Assembly (NCBI GenBank): GCA_041656935.1
Contig: JBBACQ010000005.1
Coordinates: 1-64,000, forward strand
Length of the DNA stretch: 64,000 nucleotides
From: Patescibacteria group bacterium
GTDB lineage: Bacteria; Patescibacteriota; Patescibacteriia; Patescibacteriales; UBA12465
Direction of reading: 5' to 3'
Part shown: positions 1 through 9,899 of the stretch, piece after piece
How the letters are laid out: each line of letters opens with the position of its first letter
How positions within the stretch are numbered: the stretch's first letter is position 1
Made by a program: the position numbers and the translations under genes
The notes under the pieces: model-generated
Databases searched by the model: none
What the model was told of the DNA's origin: nothing
What the model saw: the letters and a program-made list of their open reading frames with translations, nothing else

Positions 1-795
1 GATAATCCCATTAAAGTCTATGATTTAGCGGTTAATAATCATAAGTCTTTTATTAATTTAATAAAAGAAGCTTGTGAAAGTAAATATGGAAAGATAAAAA
101 ATAAGTTATGGCGGTCAGGTTTCAGAAGTATAATTTATATTTTTTTAACCAAGTCAATTTTTGTTTTTTTATTAGAAATTCCAGCTATTAAATGGTTTGG
201 TGAGGAAATTAATACTTTTTCTTTAGCGGTTAACGTTTCTTTCCCGGCCTTTTTGTTGTTTATAATGATTTTGTTTACTTGGAGCCCCGCTCAGGAAAAT
301 ACTAAAAAAATAATAGCCGGAGTAGAAGAAATCGTTTATACTGAAAAACGGCGAAAACACCAAATTTTACTACGAAAACCAATAAAGAGAAGCTTAGCCA
401 TGGATATTATCTTTAATCTATTATATTTAGGAGGTTTCTTTATTACTATTTATGTGGTGATAAGAGTCCTAACTCTCATTCATTTTAATTGGGTTAATAT
501 AACAATCTTTTTATTCTTCTTAATGTTTGTTTCCTTTTTTAGTTTTAGAATTAAGCGAGAAATTAAGAAATTTATAATTATTGAACCGAAAGAGGGGTTT
601 ATTGGATTTTTATTTGACTTCTTTTATACTCCTATTGTAGCTATGGGTAAGTTTTTATCCGATAATGCTTCTAAAATAAATATTTTTATCTTTGTTTTAG
701 ATTTTATTATTGAAGCTCCTTTCAAGGTCTTTATAGAAATATTTGATGATTGGTTGAAATATATGAAAGAAAGAAAAGAAGATTTAGTTAATTAA
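1..795 (+). CDS. Hypothetical multi-pass membrane protein, 5'-truncated by the window edge
   Basis: Frame 1 stays open from base 1 into tracked ORF 253..795. My hand translation of 1-252 (DNPIKVYDLAVNNHKSF...) has no stop. Hydrophobic segments include IIYIFLTKSIFVFLL and ITIFLFFLMFVSFFSF. No family recognised. Confidence 0.5.
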   Translation, partial: DNPIKVYDLAVNNHKSFINLIKEACESKYGKIKNKLWRSGFRSIIYIFLTKSIFVFLLEIPAIKWFGEEINTFSLAVNVSFPAFLLFIMILFTWSPAQENTKKIIAGVEEIVYTEKRRKHQILLRKPIKRSLAMDIIFNLLYLGGFFITIYVVIRVLTLIHFNWVNITIFLFFLMFVSFFSFRIKREIKKFIIIEPKEGFIGFLFDFFYTPIVAMGKFLSDNASKINIFIFVLDFIIEAPFKVFIEIFDDWLKYMKERKEDLVN

Positions 796-801
796 GTCGA
801 T

Positions 802-1470
802 ATGATTTTATATATAATAGCTAGTCCGATTGGGAATTTAAAAGATATTAGCTTTAGGGCCATTGAAGTTTTAAAAGAAGTTGACTTAGTTTTAAGTGAA
901 GACACTCGGGTAACTCAAAAGTTATTACAACATTATAAAATAAAAAAACCGTTATTATCCTTTCATCATCATTCTAATGAAAAGAAATACGAAACAATTT
1001 TAAGGAAATTAGAGGAAGGGAAGTCCTTGGCTTTTCTTAGTGATGCCGGTACTCCTAATATTTCCGATCCGGGAGGCGAATTAGTTGATTTTATTAGAAA
1101 GAGTAATCCCCAAATAAAAATTGAACCTTTACCGGGGCCCTCAGCTTTAACGACGGCTTTATCGGTTTCTGGAATTAAGGCTGATAAATTTGTTTTTTTT
1201 GGTTTTTTGCCTCATAAAAAGGGTCGATTAAGTATGATAAAAGAGATATTGTCGTTTAAATATCCGGTTATTTTTTATGAATCTAAATACCGGATTTTGA
1301 AGTTATTAAAAGAATTACAGGAACTTCAATTTGATAAAAAAATAATGATTTTTAGGGAATTAACCAAAATGTATTACACTTTTTATAAAGAAGATATCGA
1401 TGAATTGTGCAAAATATTTGAACAGGATGAAGAAGCTAAAAAAGGTGAGTTTACAGTTATTATTTATTAA
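802..1470 (+). CDS. rsmI: 16S rRNA (cytidine1402-2'-O)-methyltransferase, tetrapyrrole-methylase fold
   Basis: The N-terminus LYIIASPIGNLKDISFRAIEVLKEVDLVLSEDTR and the segments DAGTPNISDPG and LPGPSALTTAL are typical RsmI motifs. The ~220 aa size fits. Confidence 0.85.
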   Translation: MILYIIASPIGNLKDISFRAIEVLKEVDLVLSEDTRVTQKLLQHYKIKKPLLSFHHHSNEKKYETILRKLEEGKSLAFLSDAGTPNISDPGGELVDFIRKSNPQIKIEPLPGPSALTTALSVSGIKADKFVFFGFLPHKKGRLSMIKEILSFKYPVIFYESKYRILKLLKELQELQFDKKIMIFRELTKMYYTFYKEDIDELCKIFEQDEEAKKGEFTVIIY

Positions 1471-1475
1471 TTTTT

Positions 1476-2936
1476 ATGGAAAATTTTTTCATCACTACAA
1501 CCCTACCTTATATTAATTCCGAACCTCATTTAGGTTTCGCTAAGGAAATAATAAACGCTGATATCATAGCTCGTTATAAACGACAATTAGGGTTTAATGT
1601 CTTTTTTAATACTGGAACCGATGAACATGGTAAAAAAATATATCAGAAAGCTCTAGAGGCAAATATGGAAATCTCAAAATATTGCGATAAGTATTCAAAA
1701 AAATTTTTAGAATTAAAAGAGGTTTTAAACCTGAGTTTCGATAATTTTATCCGAACAACCGATGAAGATCATATTAAGGCGGTACAGAATTTTTGGGAAA
1801 GATGTCGAGCTAACGGTGATATTTATAAAAAGAAATATAGTGTTAAATATTGTGTTGGTTGTGAAATGGAGAAAACCGATTCAGAGTTAGAAAATGGGGT
1901 TTGTCCTTTTCATCCTAATCAAGAAATAGAAAATATTGACGAAGAGAATTATTTCTTTAAATTTTCTAAATATCAAAACCAGTTGTTAGATTTTTATAAA
2001 AAAAACCCTGATTTTGTCCAATCATCTGGCCGATTTAAAGAGATAATAAGCTTTGTCCAAAGTGGCTTGAAAGATTTTTCAGTTTCTCGTTTAAAGGAAA
2101 AAATGCCTTGGGGGGTGCCAGTTCCAGAAGATGATACTCAAGTAATGTATGTTTGGTTTGATGCTTTGGTAAATTATATCTCCTGTTTAGGTTGGCCAGA
2201 TAATTTAGAAAATTTTGATCTTTTTTGGCCTGGTTTACAGGTTTGTGGAAAAGATAACCTTAGGCCCCAAACAGCCATGTGGCCGGCTTTTCTAATGTCA
2301 GCTGGCATAACTCCTCCTCAGAAAGTATTAGTTTTTGGTTTCTTAACTGTTAATAATCAAAAAATTAGTAAAAGTTTAGGAAATTCAGTTGATTTATTCC
2401 AATTAATAAAGAAATATGGGTCGGATGTTATACGATATTATTTAAGTAAAGAAATTTCGACTTTTGAGGACGGTGATTTTTCTTATGAGAAATTAGAAAA
2501 ACTTTATCTTTCAGATTTGTCTAATGGTTTGGGAAATTTAGTAGCTCGGGTTTCTAATTTAATTGAAAAAAATAATTTAGATATTAAACTAAGGAAGCCA
2601 GAATTTCAAGGATCTACTCCGATGATTCCAAAAGAGGAAAATAGCTTTTTTAACGAATTAGATAAAAAAATGAAGGAGTATAAGTTAAATGAAGCTTTAA
2701 ACTTGATAGCCCTTAAAACAAAAAAGACGGATGAGTTTTTAAGTCATAAAGCCCCTTGGAAAATGACTGATAAAAAAGAAATGACCGAGGTCTTACAAAT
2801 AGCTTCAGCCGATATTTTAGATATTGCTCTTTCGATTTTTCCTTTTATTCCAGAGACGGCTGATAAGATAATAAAACAATTTACAGCTAAAGAAATAGTA
2901 AAAGGGGAATCGCTTTTTCCTAAATTAATAAATTAA
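1476..2936 (+). CDS. metG: Methionyl-tRNA synthetase
   Basis: Class I aaRS. It has a HIGH-like PYINSEPHLGF, a zinc knuckle CVGCEMEK...CPFH, a KMSKS-like KISKSLGN and the WFDAL motif. Confidence 0.9.
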   Translation: MENFFITTTLPYINSEPHLGFAKEIINADIIARYKRQLGFNVFFNTGTDEHGKKIYQKALEANMEISKYCDKYSKKFLELKEVLNLSFDNFIRTTDEDHIKAVQNFWERCRANGDIYKKKYSVKYCVGCEMEKTDSELENGVCPFHPNQEIENIDEENYFFKFSKYQNQLLDFYKKNPDFVQSSGRFKEIISFVQSGLKDFSVSRLKEKMPWGVPVPEDDTQVMYVWFDALVNYISCLGWPDNLENFDLFWPGLQVCGKDNLRPQTAMWPAFLMSAGITPPQKVLVFGFLTVNNQKISKSLGNSVDLFQLIKKYGSDVIRYYLSKEISTFEDGDFSYEKLEKLYLSDLSNGLGNLVARVSNLIEKNNLDIKLRKPEFQGSTPMIPKEENSFFNELDKKMKEYKLNEALNLIALKTKKTDEFLSHKAPWKMTDKKEMTEVLQIASADILDIALSIFPFIPETADKIIKQFTAKEIVKGESLFPKLIN

Positions 2937-2945
2937 TCTAAAAAT

Positions 2946-3470
2946 ATGATAACGCTTGATTTAATTTTAATGATTTTTCTAGGGGCCTTTATTTTGTATG
3001 GATTTTACATGGGTTTTGTAAAAATGATTTTAAATTTGGCTTCTACGGTGGTAGCTATTATAATATCCATTAATCTTTACCTCTATTTTTATGATCTAGT
3101 GCCTTTTATTGGTTTCGGTTCAGAAAGTTTTGGTAAAATGTTGTCATTTTTGATAGTTTTAATCATAAGCAATTATTTATTAAGTTTGGTTTTCCAATTT
3201 ATTGCTAAACTATTAAAAATAATAACTTCTTTGCCCTTGGTTTCTTTTGTTAATCGTCTTTTAGGCGGAGGGCTAGGATTTCTTCAAGGAGCTTTAATCC
3301 TCGGGGTTATTATTTTTATGATGTCTCGCTATGCTATCACTAGTGCTTTATTAAACTCACTTATTTCTAAATCAGATTTAGCCCCAATTTTTGTTAAAGC
3401 TGTTAGTTGGTTAACTCCCTTGATTCCAGAGGGATTAAAAATGTTGGAATCTATTATTTTAATAGATTAA
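2946..3470 (+). CDS. CvpA-family membrane protein
   Basis: 174 aa with 4-5 TM helices. The N-terminus LDLILMIFLGAFILYGFYMGFVKMILNLAS resembles CvpA (colicin V production) family proteins. Confidence 0.55.
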   Translation: MITLDLILMIFLGAFILYGFYMGFVKMILNLASTVVAIIISINLYLYFYDLVPFIGFGSESFGKMLSFLIVLIISNYLLSLVFQFIAKLLKIITSLPLVSFVNRLLGGGLGFLQGALILGVIIFMMSRYAITSALLNSLISKSDLAPIFVKAVSWLTPLIPEGLKMLESIILID

Positions 3471-3531
3471 AAGTTGCTAAGAATTTGTTTTTAGATTAAA
3501 ATAAAGAGGTTATTTATTTAAAATAGAATTT

Positions 3532-4779
3532 ATGAATATAAAAATAGGGAAGGGTCTAGGTATTTTTTTAAAAACAGTTGTTATTTTATTAACAGCTGGC
3601 CTTATTTTTATTAGTGGAGCTTCGTTGTCTACTAGGAGTGTTGTTGTCCAGAAAATGTCCGAAAAAAGCATCTTATATTTAGGAAAAATAACTGGTAAAT
3701 ATAGTAGAAATAATAATCAATGGTCACAAAATGTTAGTTTTGATCTATATTGGGATGTTTGGAATATTTTAAAAGAGGGTTATGTTGATCAAGAGTTGGT
3801 CAATGATAAAAAGATGTTTTATGGTTCGTTAAAGGGCTTGGTTATGTCTTTAGACGACCCCTATTCTGAGTTTATGGATCCACAGGAAAATAAGGAATTT
3901 AATGATGATATGTCTGGCACCTTTGAGGGTATTGGAGCCGAGATTGGCATTAGAGACGATATTTTAACCATTATTTCGCCCCTAGAGGGTACTCCAGCTC
4001 AAAAAGCCGGATTAATGGCCGGTGATAAGATTTTAGAGATAAATGGTGAAATAACCAAGAATATGAATATTAATGAAGCGGTCAGTAAGATAAAAGGGCC
4101 CAAAGGAACTGAGGTGGTTTTAAGTGTTTTTAAAGTTGGTCTGGAGGATATTCAGGAAATTAAAATTATCAGAGATACTATTATTATTAAAAGTGTTTCT
4201 TTTGAAAAGATAAATGAAAATATTTTCTTAATTAAAATAAATTCTTTTAATAATGATACTGATTTTCTTTTTTCGCAAGCTATTAAAGAAATGATTTCTT
4301 CCCGTTGCGACAAAGTAATTATAGATTTAAGAAATAATCCCGGAGGTTACTTAGAAACTTCAGTTTTATTATTAGGCGAATGGATAAATGGGCAAACAGC
4401 GGTGATTGAAAAATTTGGTGATGGTCAAGTTGTTAATTATCCCGCCGAAGGATTAAATCGATTAACTGATTATCCAACAGTTATTTTAATTAATAACGGG
4501 AGTGCTTCAGCTTCAGAAATTTTAGCTGGGGCTTTAAAAGATTATAGTAAGGCCACGATTATTGGAGAAAAGAGTTATGGTAAAGGATCTGTCCAAATGA
4601 TTAAAACATTAGAGGATGGTTCAGCTCTTAAAATGACTGTCGCTGAATGGTTAACTCCTCAAGGGAGAAATATAAATGAGGAAGGAATTTTACCGGATAT
4701 TGAAGTGGTTCTAAGTTTCGCTGATTTAGAGAATGATCGTGACCCCCAACTCCAAAAAGCAATTGAATTTTTAAAATAA
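3532..4779 (+). CDS. Carboxyl-terminal processing protease (S41 peptidase with PDZ domain)
   Basis: N-terminal TM anchor. PDZ-like GIGAEIG...SPLEGTPAQKAGLMAGDKILEING. S41 catalytic region NNGSASASEILAGALKD...GEKSYGKGSVQ. Confidence 0.85.
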   Translation: MNIKIGKGLGIFLKTVVILLTAGLIFISGASLSTRSVVVQKMSEKSILYLGKITGKYSRNNNQWSQNVSFDLYWDVWNILKEGYVDQELVNDKKMFYGSLKGLVMSLDDPYSEFMDPQENKEFNDDMSGTFEGIGAEIGIRDDILTIISPLEGTPAQKAGLMAGDKILEINGEITKNMNINEAVSKIKGPKGTEVVLSVFKVGLEDIQEIKIIRDTIIIKSVSFEKINENIFLIKINSFNNDTDFLFSQAIKEMISSRCDKVIIDLRNNPGGYLETSVLLLGEWINGQTAVIEKFGDGQVVNYPAEGLNRLTDYPTVILINNGSASASEILAGALKDYSKATIIGEKSYGKGSVQMIKTLEDGSALKMTVAEWLTPQGRNINEEGILPDIEVVLSFADLENDRDPQLQKAIEFLK

Positions 4780-4801
4780 AAAAAGCTACTTGGAGTAGCT
4801 T
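4776..4801 (-). terminator. Rho-independent terminator between convergent genes
   Basis: AAGCTACT-TGG-AGTAGCTT hairpin (4783-4801) flanked by an A-run on the plus strand. This gives a T7 run on the minus strand after gene 4827..5108. Confidence 0.65.
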
Positions 4802-4826
4802 GTAGGATTTTCAGGAATTAATAATT

Positions 4827-5108
4827 TTATAACACCAATCTTTTGATGTCATTGATAATGGTATTTAATTCAATGTCACTAATTCTTCCTGTAACTGTGA
4901 AGCCCGCTTCTTTCTTAATCGCTTCTTCGTTTTCGGGGCTAATTTCATTGGTGAAGCCTTCAATGTCGTCACAATGATCATTGGCTAAGAAGCGCACCAT
5001 TTTTGAATCGTCATCAAAACGCCTTAATTGTTTAAAGTCTTCAATAAAAACGCAGTATCTTTCCAACTGGCCGTTTCCGTTAGTTCCTTTGAATATAATC
5101 AGAACCAT
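4827..5108 (-). CDS. Hypothetical small acidic protein (93 aa)
   Basis: The ORF is preceded by a strong SD (AAAGGAGGATTT-ATG on the minus strand). It has its own TTGACA-17-TACTAT promoter and a terminator. No family recognised. Confidence 0.5.
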   Translation of the reverse strand: MVLIIFKGTNGNGQLERYCVFIEDFKQLRRFDDDSKMVRFLANDHCDDIEGFTNEISPENEEAIKKEAGFTVTGRISDIELNTIINDIKRLVL

Positions 5109-5151
5109 AAATCCTCCTTTTTAATTGTTATTGTTAAAAGAACAACTATAA

Positions 5152-5180
5152 ATAGTAATATAAATAAAATTAATTGTCAA
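5152..5180 (-). promoter_or_regulatory. Sigma70-like promoter for 4827..5108
   Basis: Minus strand TTGACA (5180-5175), 17-nt spacer, TACTAT (5157-5152). Confidence 0.45.
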
Positions 5181-5183
5181 GCT

Positions 5184-6842
5184 ATGAAAAAAAAGATTTC
5201 GCCTAAATTTATCTTTGTTGTTGGTGGAGTTATGTCGGGGGTTGGTAAAGGTATAACCACGGCCTCAGTAGCTCAAATCTTATCAAATAAAGGGTTCGAT
5301 GTTAGTGCTATAAAGGTTGATCCCTATATAAATATTGATGCTGGAACCATGAATCCGATTGAACACGGAGAAGTTTTTGTTACTGAAGATGGCGATGAAA
5401 CTGATCAAGATGTTGGTAATTATGAAAGATTCTTAAATAAAAATATTTTCCGGGAAAATTATATGACTACTGGTCGAGTTTATCAATCAGTTATTAATAA
5501 GGAAAGAAATTTAGAGTATGAAGGTAAGTGTGTTCAAGTGGTCCCACATATTCCTATGGAGATTAGGGAGAGAATCTATAAGGCTTTAAAAAAATCATCG
5601 GCCGAAATTATGGTGATTGAAGTTGGGGGAACGGTGGGTGAATATGAAAACTTATTATTTTTAGAGGCGGCTAGAATCATGAAATTAAAAAATCCCAAAG
5701 ATGTTCTCTTTATAATGGTTTCTTATTTACCAATTCCTAATAAGATTGGAGAGATGAAAACCAAGCCAACTCAGCATGCTGTTAGAACTCTAAATACGGC
5801 TGGTATTCAACCTAATTTTATAGTAGCTCGGGCGGAAAAGGAAATAGATGATGTTCGGAGAAAAAAAATAGCTATTCATTGTAATGTTTCATCAGAAGAT
5901 GTTATTTCGGCACCAGACATTGATTCCATTTATGAGGTTCCAATTAATTTTGAAAAAAATAATTTAGGGAATAAAATTTTAAAGAAATTATTTTTAAAAG
6001 CAAAAAGTACTGTTAAATCTAGAGACGATGCTAAAAAATGGACCGAAATGTTGGCCAATATTAAAAATTCGAAAAAAAGAGTTAAGATTGGGATTGTTGG
6101 TAAATATTTTTCTACCGGAGATTTTTCCTTGAGCGATTCTTATATCTCAGTTATAGAAGCTATTAAACATGCTGGCGCTTATAATAAAATTAAACCCGTT
6201 TTAGAATGGATTAATGCCGAAGAAATAGAGAAAAAGGGTGAAGCCCGATTAAAGGGGTTGGATGGGATAATTGTTCCTCAGGGGTGGGGAAGTCGTGGCT
6301 CCGAGGGCAAAATAAAAACTATTAAATATTGCCGAGAAAAAAAGATTCCGTATTTAGGTTTGTGTTATGGGATGCAGATGGCTGTTATTGAATTTGCCCG
6401 TAATGTTTGTGGTTTAAAAGATGCTACTTCGGAGGAAATAAAATCCAATAGCAAAAATAAAGTTATTCATATTATGCCGGAGCAAGAAGAGCTTATCGAA
6501 AAGAGAGGTTATGGTGGGACTATAAGATTAGGGGCTTGGCCTTGTAAAATTAAGCCAAAAACTAAATTAGATCAAGCTTATACTAAAATGGGTTTTGGCG
6601 ATTTAATAAATGAGAGACATCGCCACCGTTATGAATTTAATAATGAGTATCGTCAATTATTCCAGAAAAATGGTTTGATCATTTCGGGAACATCGCCCGA
6701 TGATAAAATAGTGGAAGCGATCGAAATAAAAAATCATCCTTTTTTCGTGGGGGTTCAATTCCATCCCGAATATATTTCTCGACCCTTAGCTCCGCATCCG
6801 TTATTTGTGGAATTTATTAAAGTTCTAAAAGCAAGAAAGTAG
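5184..6842 (+). CDS. pyrG: CTP synthase
   Basis: The start is trimmed to the ATG at 5184 (MKKKISPKFIFVVGGVMSGVGKGITTAS, the canonical PyrG N-terminus). The tracked ORF start at 5028 overlaps the divergent gene and promoter. The glutamine amidotransferase part contains LGLCYGMQ and HRHRYEFN. Confidence 0.95.
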   Translation: MKKKISPKFIFVVGGVMSGVGKGITTASVAQILSNKGFDVSAIKVDPYINIDAGTMNPIEHGEVFVTEDGDETDQDVGNYERFLNKNIFRENYMTTGRVYQSVINKERNLEYEGKCVQVVPHIPMEIRERIYKALKKSSAEIMVIEVGGTVGEYENLLFLEAARIMKLKNPKDVLFIMVSYLPIPNKIGEMKTKPTQHAVRTLNTAGIQPNFIVARAEKEIDDVRRKKIAIHCNVSSEDVISAPDIDSIYEVPINFEKNNLGNKILKKLFLKAKSTVKSRDDAKKWTEMLANIKNSKKRVKIGIVGKYFSTGDFSLSDSYISVIEAIKHAGAYNKIKPVLEWINAEEIEKKGEARLKGLDGIIVPQGWGSRGSEGKIKTIKYCREKKIPYLGLCYGMQMAVIEFARNVCGLKDATSEEIKSNSKNKVIHIMPEQEELIEKRGYGGTIRLGAWPCKIKPKTKLDQAYTKMGFGDLINERHRHRYEFNNEYRQLFQKNGLIISGTSPDDKIVEAIEIKNHPFFVGVQFHPEYISRPLAPHPLFVEFIKVLKARK

Positions 6843-6876
6843 TTTATTTGATTTACAATATTCTTCATAATTTTTA

Positions 6877-6905
6877 AAGCATCAATTTTAAATTGGTGCT
6901 TTTTG
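6877..6905 (+). terminator. Rho-independent terminator of pyrG
   Basis: AGCATCAATT-tta-AATTGGTGCT (10 bp with one G-U pair) followed by TTTTTG. Confidence 0.65.
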
Positions 6906-6912
6906 AATCAAA

Positions 6913-6938
6913 TAAAAAAGAGTCGCGAGCGACTCTTT
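6913..6938 (-). terminator. Rho-independent terminator of lipoprotein gene 6961..7506
   Basis: AAAGAGTCG-CGAG-CGACTCTTT. The minus strand reads the hairpin followed by TTTTTT. Confidence 0.7.
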
Positions 6939-6960
6939 AAGCTTTTTAGTTCCACTTCCA

Positions 6961-7506
6961 TTAGTAGGTCGTGAAACTTATCATGTTATTAATCCCATCA
7001 TCATGCGATAATCCGTGTTTTAGAAACCAATCCCCAGGAATTGCCCCAGGCATCTTTGAAATATTGTATTTCAAAGTATGGCCAGATTCGCTTCGGATGG
7101 TATAGTAAACCCATCCATTTTGAATCTTGTTTATCGTGTAGGTGGCATCATTATCAACATTGTTGTAAATAGTGATCCCGTTAGGTCCTACGTGAGGAAT
7201 TGAAAATGAACTCAAGGAAAGGGGATTAGGGTCTACTGAACTTCCATCCAGACTAATCCTGAAAGAATAATCGAACACGTTTGACCATCCTTCTGCTTTG
7301 ATTTTTCCTAAGCTTTCTATCGGGCGAGGATTGCATCCTTGCCAGTTAAAAGTTTCGGAATAATAATTGTTATTATTATCCGGCAGTGGAGCGTACGGTC
7401 CACCAAATTCCATTTTTTTGCAACTTGTCGTTCCTAGAACGATTGCAATTGCCAAACAAATAGCAAAGGCTATTTTGGCACGAATACTTACATTCAACTT
7501 TTTCAT
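6961..7506 (-). CDS. Hypothetical lipoprotein
   Basis: Signal peptide plus lipobox (AIAIVLGTTSC). The mature part is rich in G/N/P/W/Y. The gene is noticeably more GC-rich than its neighbours. Confidence 0.6.
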   Translation of the reverse strand: MKKLNVSIRAKIAFAICLAIAIVLGTTSCKKMEFGGPYAPLPDNNNNYYSETFNWQGCNPRPIESLGKIKAEGWSNVFDYSFRISLDGSSVDPNPLSLSSFSIPHVGPNGITIYNNVDNDATYTINKIQNGWVYYTIRSESGHTLKYNISKMPGAIPGDWFLKHGLSHDDGINNMISFTTY

Positions 7507-7605
7507 CTTTCTTACTTTTTGTGTTTCATTAAAATTTACCTATTATTTTTATTAACAAAAAAATTTATTAACATAAAAAATAGGTAAATCTGATTGTAAA
7601 GGAGC

Positions 7606-8697
7606 TTAATATAGGTTAATAGTACTTTTTATAATATTATCCCAATTATATTCAGACATTATCTTATTATACACATTTTTAATATTTTTGTCAAGGGCTT
7701 CAGCGTTTTCACCATTTAGAAACATCCCGAGCTTTTTTTCTAGGTCCTCGACGTTTTTATTCTTAAAAGAAAAGCTATCTTCACCCATTACTTCCAAGTT
7801 GGCTTCGATATCACTAATTAAAACTGGTAATTGATAAGAAACAGCTTCTAACAGGGAAATGGAAAGACCTTCGGCTTCCGATGGCTGAATAAACAATCGA
7901 GCATTAGAAAAAAGCTCGTTTAAGGTTTCACCACTTTGGCGACCAGTAAAAATAATATTAGGATTGTTTTCAGCTAGGGCTATTAATTTATCAGAAAAAT
8001 CACCATCACCGACAATCACTAATTTTTTATCAGTCTTTATTTTTTTATAAGCTTCAATTAAATATTCTAAACCTTTGTTTTTTACTATTCTAGAAACCGA
8101 TAGAATATAAGAATCTTTTTCTAAGTTCCATTTCTCGGTGATAATTTTAGCTGGAGAGGGTTTTGGTAAATTTACTCCATTAGGAATATAGTTGACTGCT
8201 CGATTATATTTCTCTTCTACATATTTTTTTAAAGTTTTAGAAACAACAATAACCTCATCGGCTAAGCGACAACCAACTCTTTCACCTATGGCTAAGTAGA
8301 TTTTAGCTAATCCGCCCCATTTAGTATTATAATAACATTGACTGTGAAAAGTAAAAACGACTTTCATTTTAGGACGAAATAATTTTACTAACCAAATTAG
8401 AGAAGCTGGACCAATAGAATGAAAATGAATAACATCAGCCTTTCTTCGGAAAACAAAATCTAAGCAGGCCAAAAAAGTATGACTGATAGCGTCTAAATTT
8501 TTGGTTTTAATGCTTGGTAGAGAAATAAGCTTTACTCCTTGATATTCTTTTATCTTTCGATCAGAATAATTATGACGAGTATAAGCAAAAACCTCATAGC
8601 CTAATTTAGCTAATTTTACAGCTAAATTATCGACATGAGTTTCCACTCCACCACCAACGGCAGGTATTCCTTTTTGTCCAATTATGTATATTTTCAT
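7606..8697 (-). CDS. Glycosyltransferase family 4 (GT-B)
   Basis: N-terminus GIPAVGGGVETHVDNLA. The C-terminal EX7E region reads FIQPSEAEGLSISLLEAVSYQLPVLISD. Confidence 0.8.
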   Translation of the reverse strand: MKIYIIGQKGIPAVGGGVETHVDNLAVKLAKLGYEVFAYTRHNYSDRKIKEYQGVKLISLPSIKTKNLDAISHTFLACLDFVFRRKADVIHFHSIGPASLIWLVKLFRPKMKVVFTFHSQCYYNTKWGGLAKIYLAIGERVGCRLADEVIVVSKTLKKYVEEKYNRAVNYIPNGVNLPKPSPAKIITEKWNLEKDSYILSVSRIVKNKGLEYLIEAYKKIKTDKKLVIVGDGDFSDKLIALAENNPNIIFTGRQSGETLNELFSNARLFIQPSEAEGLSISLLEAVSYQLPVLISDIEANLEVMGEDSFSFKNKNVEDLEKKLGMFLNGENAEALDKNIKNVYNKIMSEYNWDNIIKSTINLY

Positions 8698-8716
8698 ATA
8701 TTTATCTTAATGTCCT

Positions 8717-8745
8717 ATTATATCATATTTATAAAATAATGTCAA
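8717..8745 (-). promoter_or_regulatory. Sigma70-like promoter for the GT4 gene 7606..8697
   Basis: Minus strand TTGACA (8745-8740), 17-nt spacer, TATAAT (8722-8717). It lies about 20 nt upstream of the ATG. Confidence 0.6.
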
Positions 8746-8761
8746 GGTTTAGCGGTTTTTC

Positions 8762-8790
8762 AAAAAAGCACCTTTTTAGGGTGCTTTTTA
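8762..8790 (-). terminator. Rho-independent terminator of corA (bidirectional shape)
   Basis: AGCACC-tttttag-GGTGCT with an A-run before and a T-run after. Confidence 0.65.
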
Positions 8791-8816
8791 AGGGGTTTAT
8801 TCTTTTATGAGAGATT

Positions 8817-9785
8817 CTATAACCACTTCTTTTTCTTGAAGAAAATTAACATTACAGAAGCCAGAAAGAGCATTATTATAACAACATAGATTAAATAAAG
8901 TAAACCACTATTAGTTTTTAGGGGATTCGGTTCCATATTCATACCTAACATTGAAGCAATTAAATTCAAAGGCATTAAAATAACCGAAACAACTGTTAGA
9001 GTTTTCATGATATTATTTATTCGATAACTCATAATCGATTCGCTGGTATCATGTAATGATTCAATAATTTCTTTTTGAATTTCAGAAAATTCCCAAATTC
9101 TTTGGCTGTGTTCAGCTAAGAGATCGTAATAACTTATAATTTTTTTAGTTGGAACTAAACTGCTTTTCATCTCAGTTAATTTTTTCATTATATTTTTATG
9201 ATTCTGTACGGTACGACGAATATTAATAATATTGCTTTTTAAGAGTAGTAGTTGAGAAGTGATAATTTTTTGTTTTTGAGAAAAGATTATTTTCTCAACC
9301 TTATTTATTTCTATATTATTTTTATCTAACAACTCGTAGGAGTCTTGGATTAATTTCTCTAAAATTTCATATAGCAATATGGCTGAGGATTCTAATTGGT
9401 ATGATTCTAAAAAAATAGATTCTTTCTGGCAATAATCAAAAAAATTATCTAAAGATTTAGTTTTGCCATCGTGTAAGGTTATTAAAAAACCGTGCCCAAT
9501 AAAAAATTCTATTTCTCCAGGGCTTATTCGGCCATTAATTAAAACTGGGAAGTGCATGATTAAGAATAAATAATTTTTTCCTTGATAAATCATGGGACGT
9601 TGAGCTGATACTTTAGTTAAAGATGATTTTAAATGTTTATCATCAAAGGAAAATTTCTTCTTTAGATAATCTATTTCTTTTTTTTCTGGATTAAAAATAT
9701 TATACCATTCTATTTTTCCAGCCCCTTTCGGATTGTCGATAGTTATAACCCGAATTTTTTTTGATAATTGCTTTATTTTTTTCAT
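8817..9785 (-). CDS. corA: CorA-family magnesium/cobalt transporter
   Basis: Two C-terminal TM helices with the signature MLGMNMEP (GMN motif). The ~320 aa size fits. Confidence 0.8.
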   Translation of the reverse strand: MKKIKQLSKKIRVITIDNPKGAGKIEWYNIFNPEKKEIDYLKKKFSFDDKHLKSSLTKVSAQRPMIYQGKNYLFLIMHFPVLINGRISPGEIEFFIGHGFLITLHDGKTKSLDNFFDYCQKESIFLESYQLESSAILLYEILEKLIQDSYELLDKNNIEINKVEKIIFSQKQKIITSQLLLLKSNIINIRRTVQNHKNIMKKLTEMKSSLVPTKKIISYYDLLAEHSQRIWEFSEIQKEIIESLHDTSESIMSYRINNIMKTLTVVSVILMPLNLIASMLGMNMEPNPLKTNSGLLYLIYVVIIMLFLASVMLIFFKKKKWL

Positions 9786-9854
9786 AATTATCTTTTTAAA
9801 TATTATACTAGTATTTTATCAAAAATAATATATAAAGTAAAATATTTAGGAAAT

Positions 9855-9882
9855 AAAAAAACCTCTCGTAAGAGGTTTTTAT
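9855..9882 (-). terminator. Rho-independent terminator of lipoprotein gene 9900..11018
   Basis: AACCTCT-CGTA-AGAGGTT flanked by A7 and T5 runs. Confidence 0.7.
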
Positions 9883-9899
9883 TTTTGTTTTCGGTTGGG

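Noticed and set aside
5028-5183. N-terminal extensions in the ORF track: pyrG from 5028, the helicase from 14604, the HD protein to 40729 and leuS to 35073.
   Set aside because: The extensions overlap neighbouring genes, promoters or terminators and do not resemble the conserved N-termini. Internal ATGs at 5184, 14703, 40633 and 35043 give canonical family N-termini.
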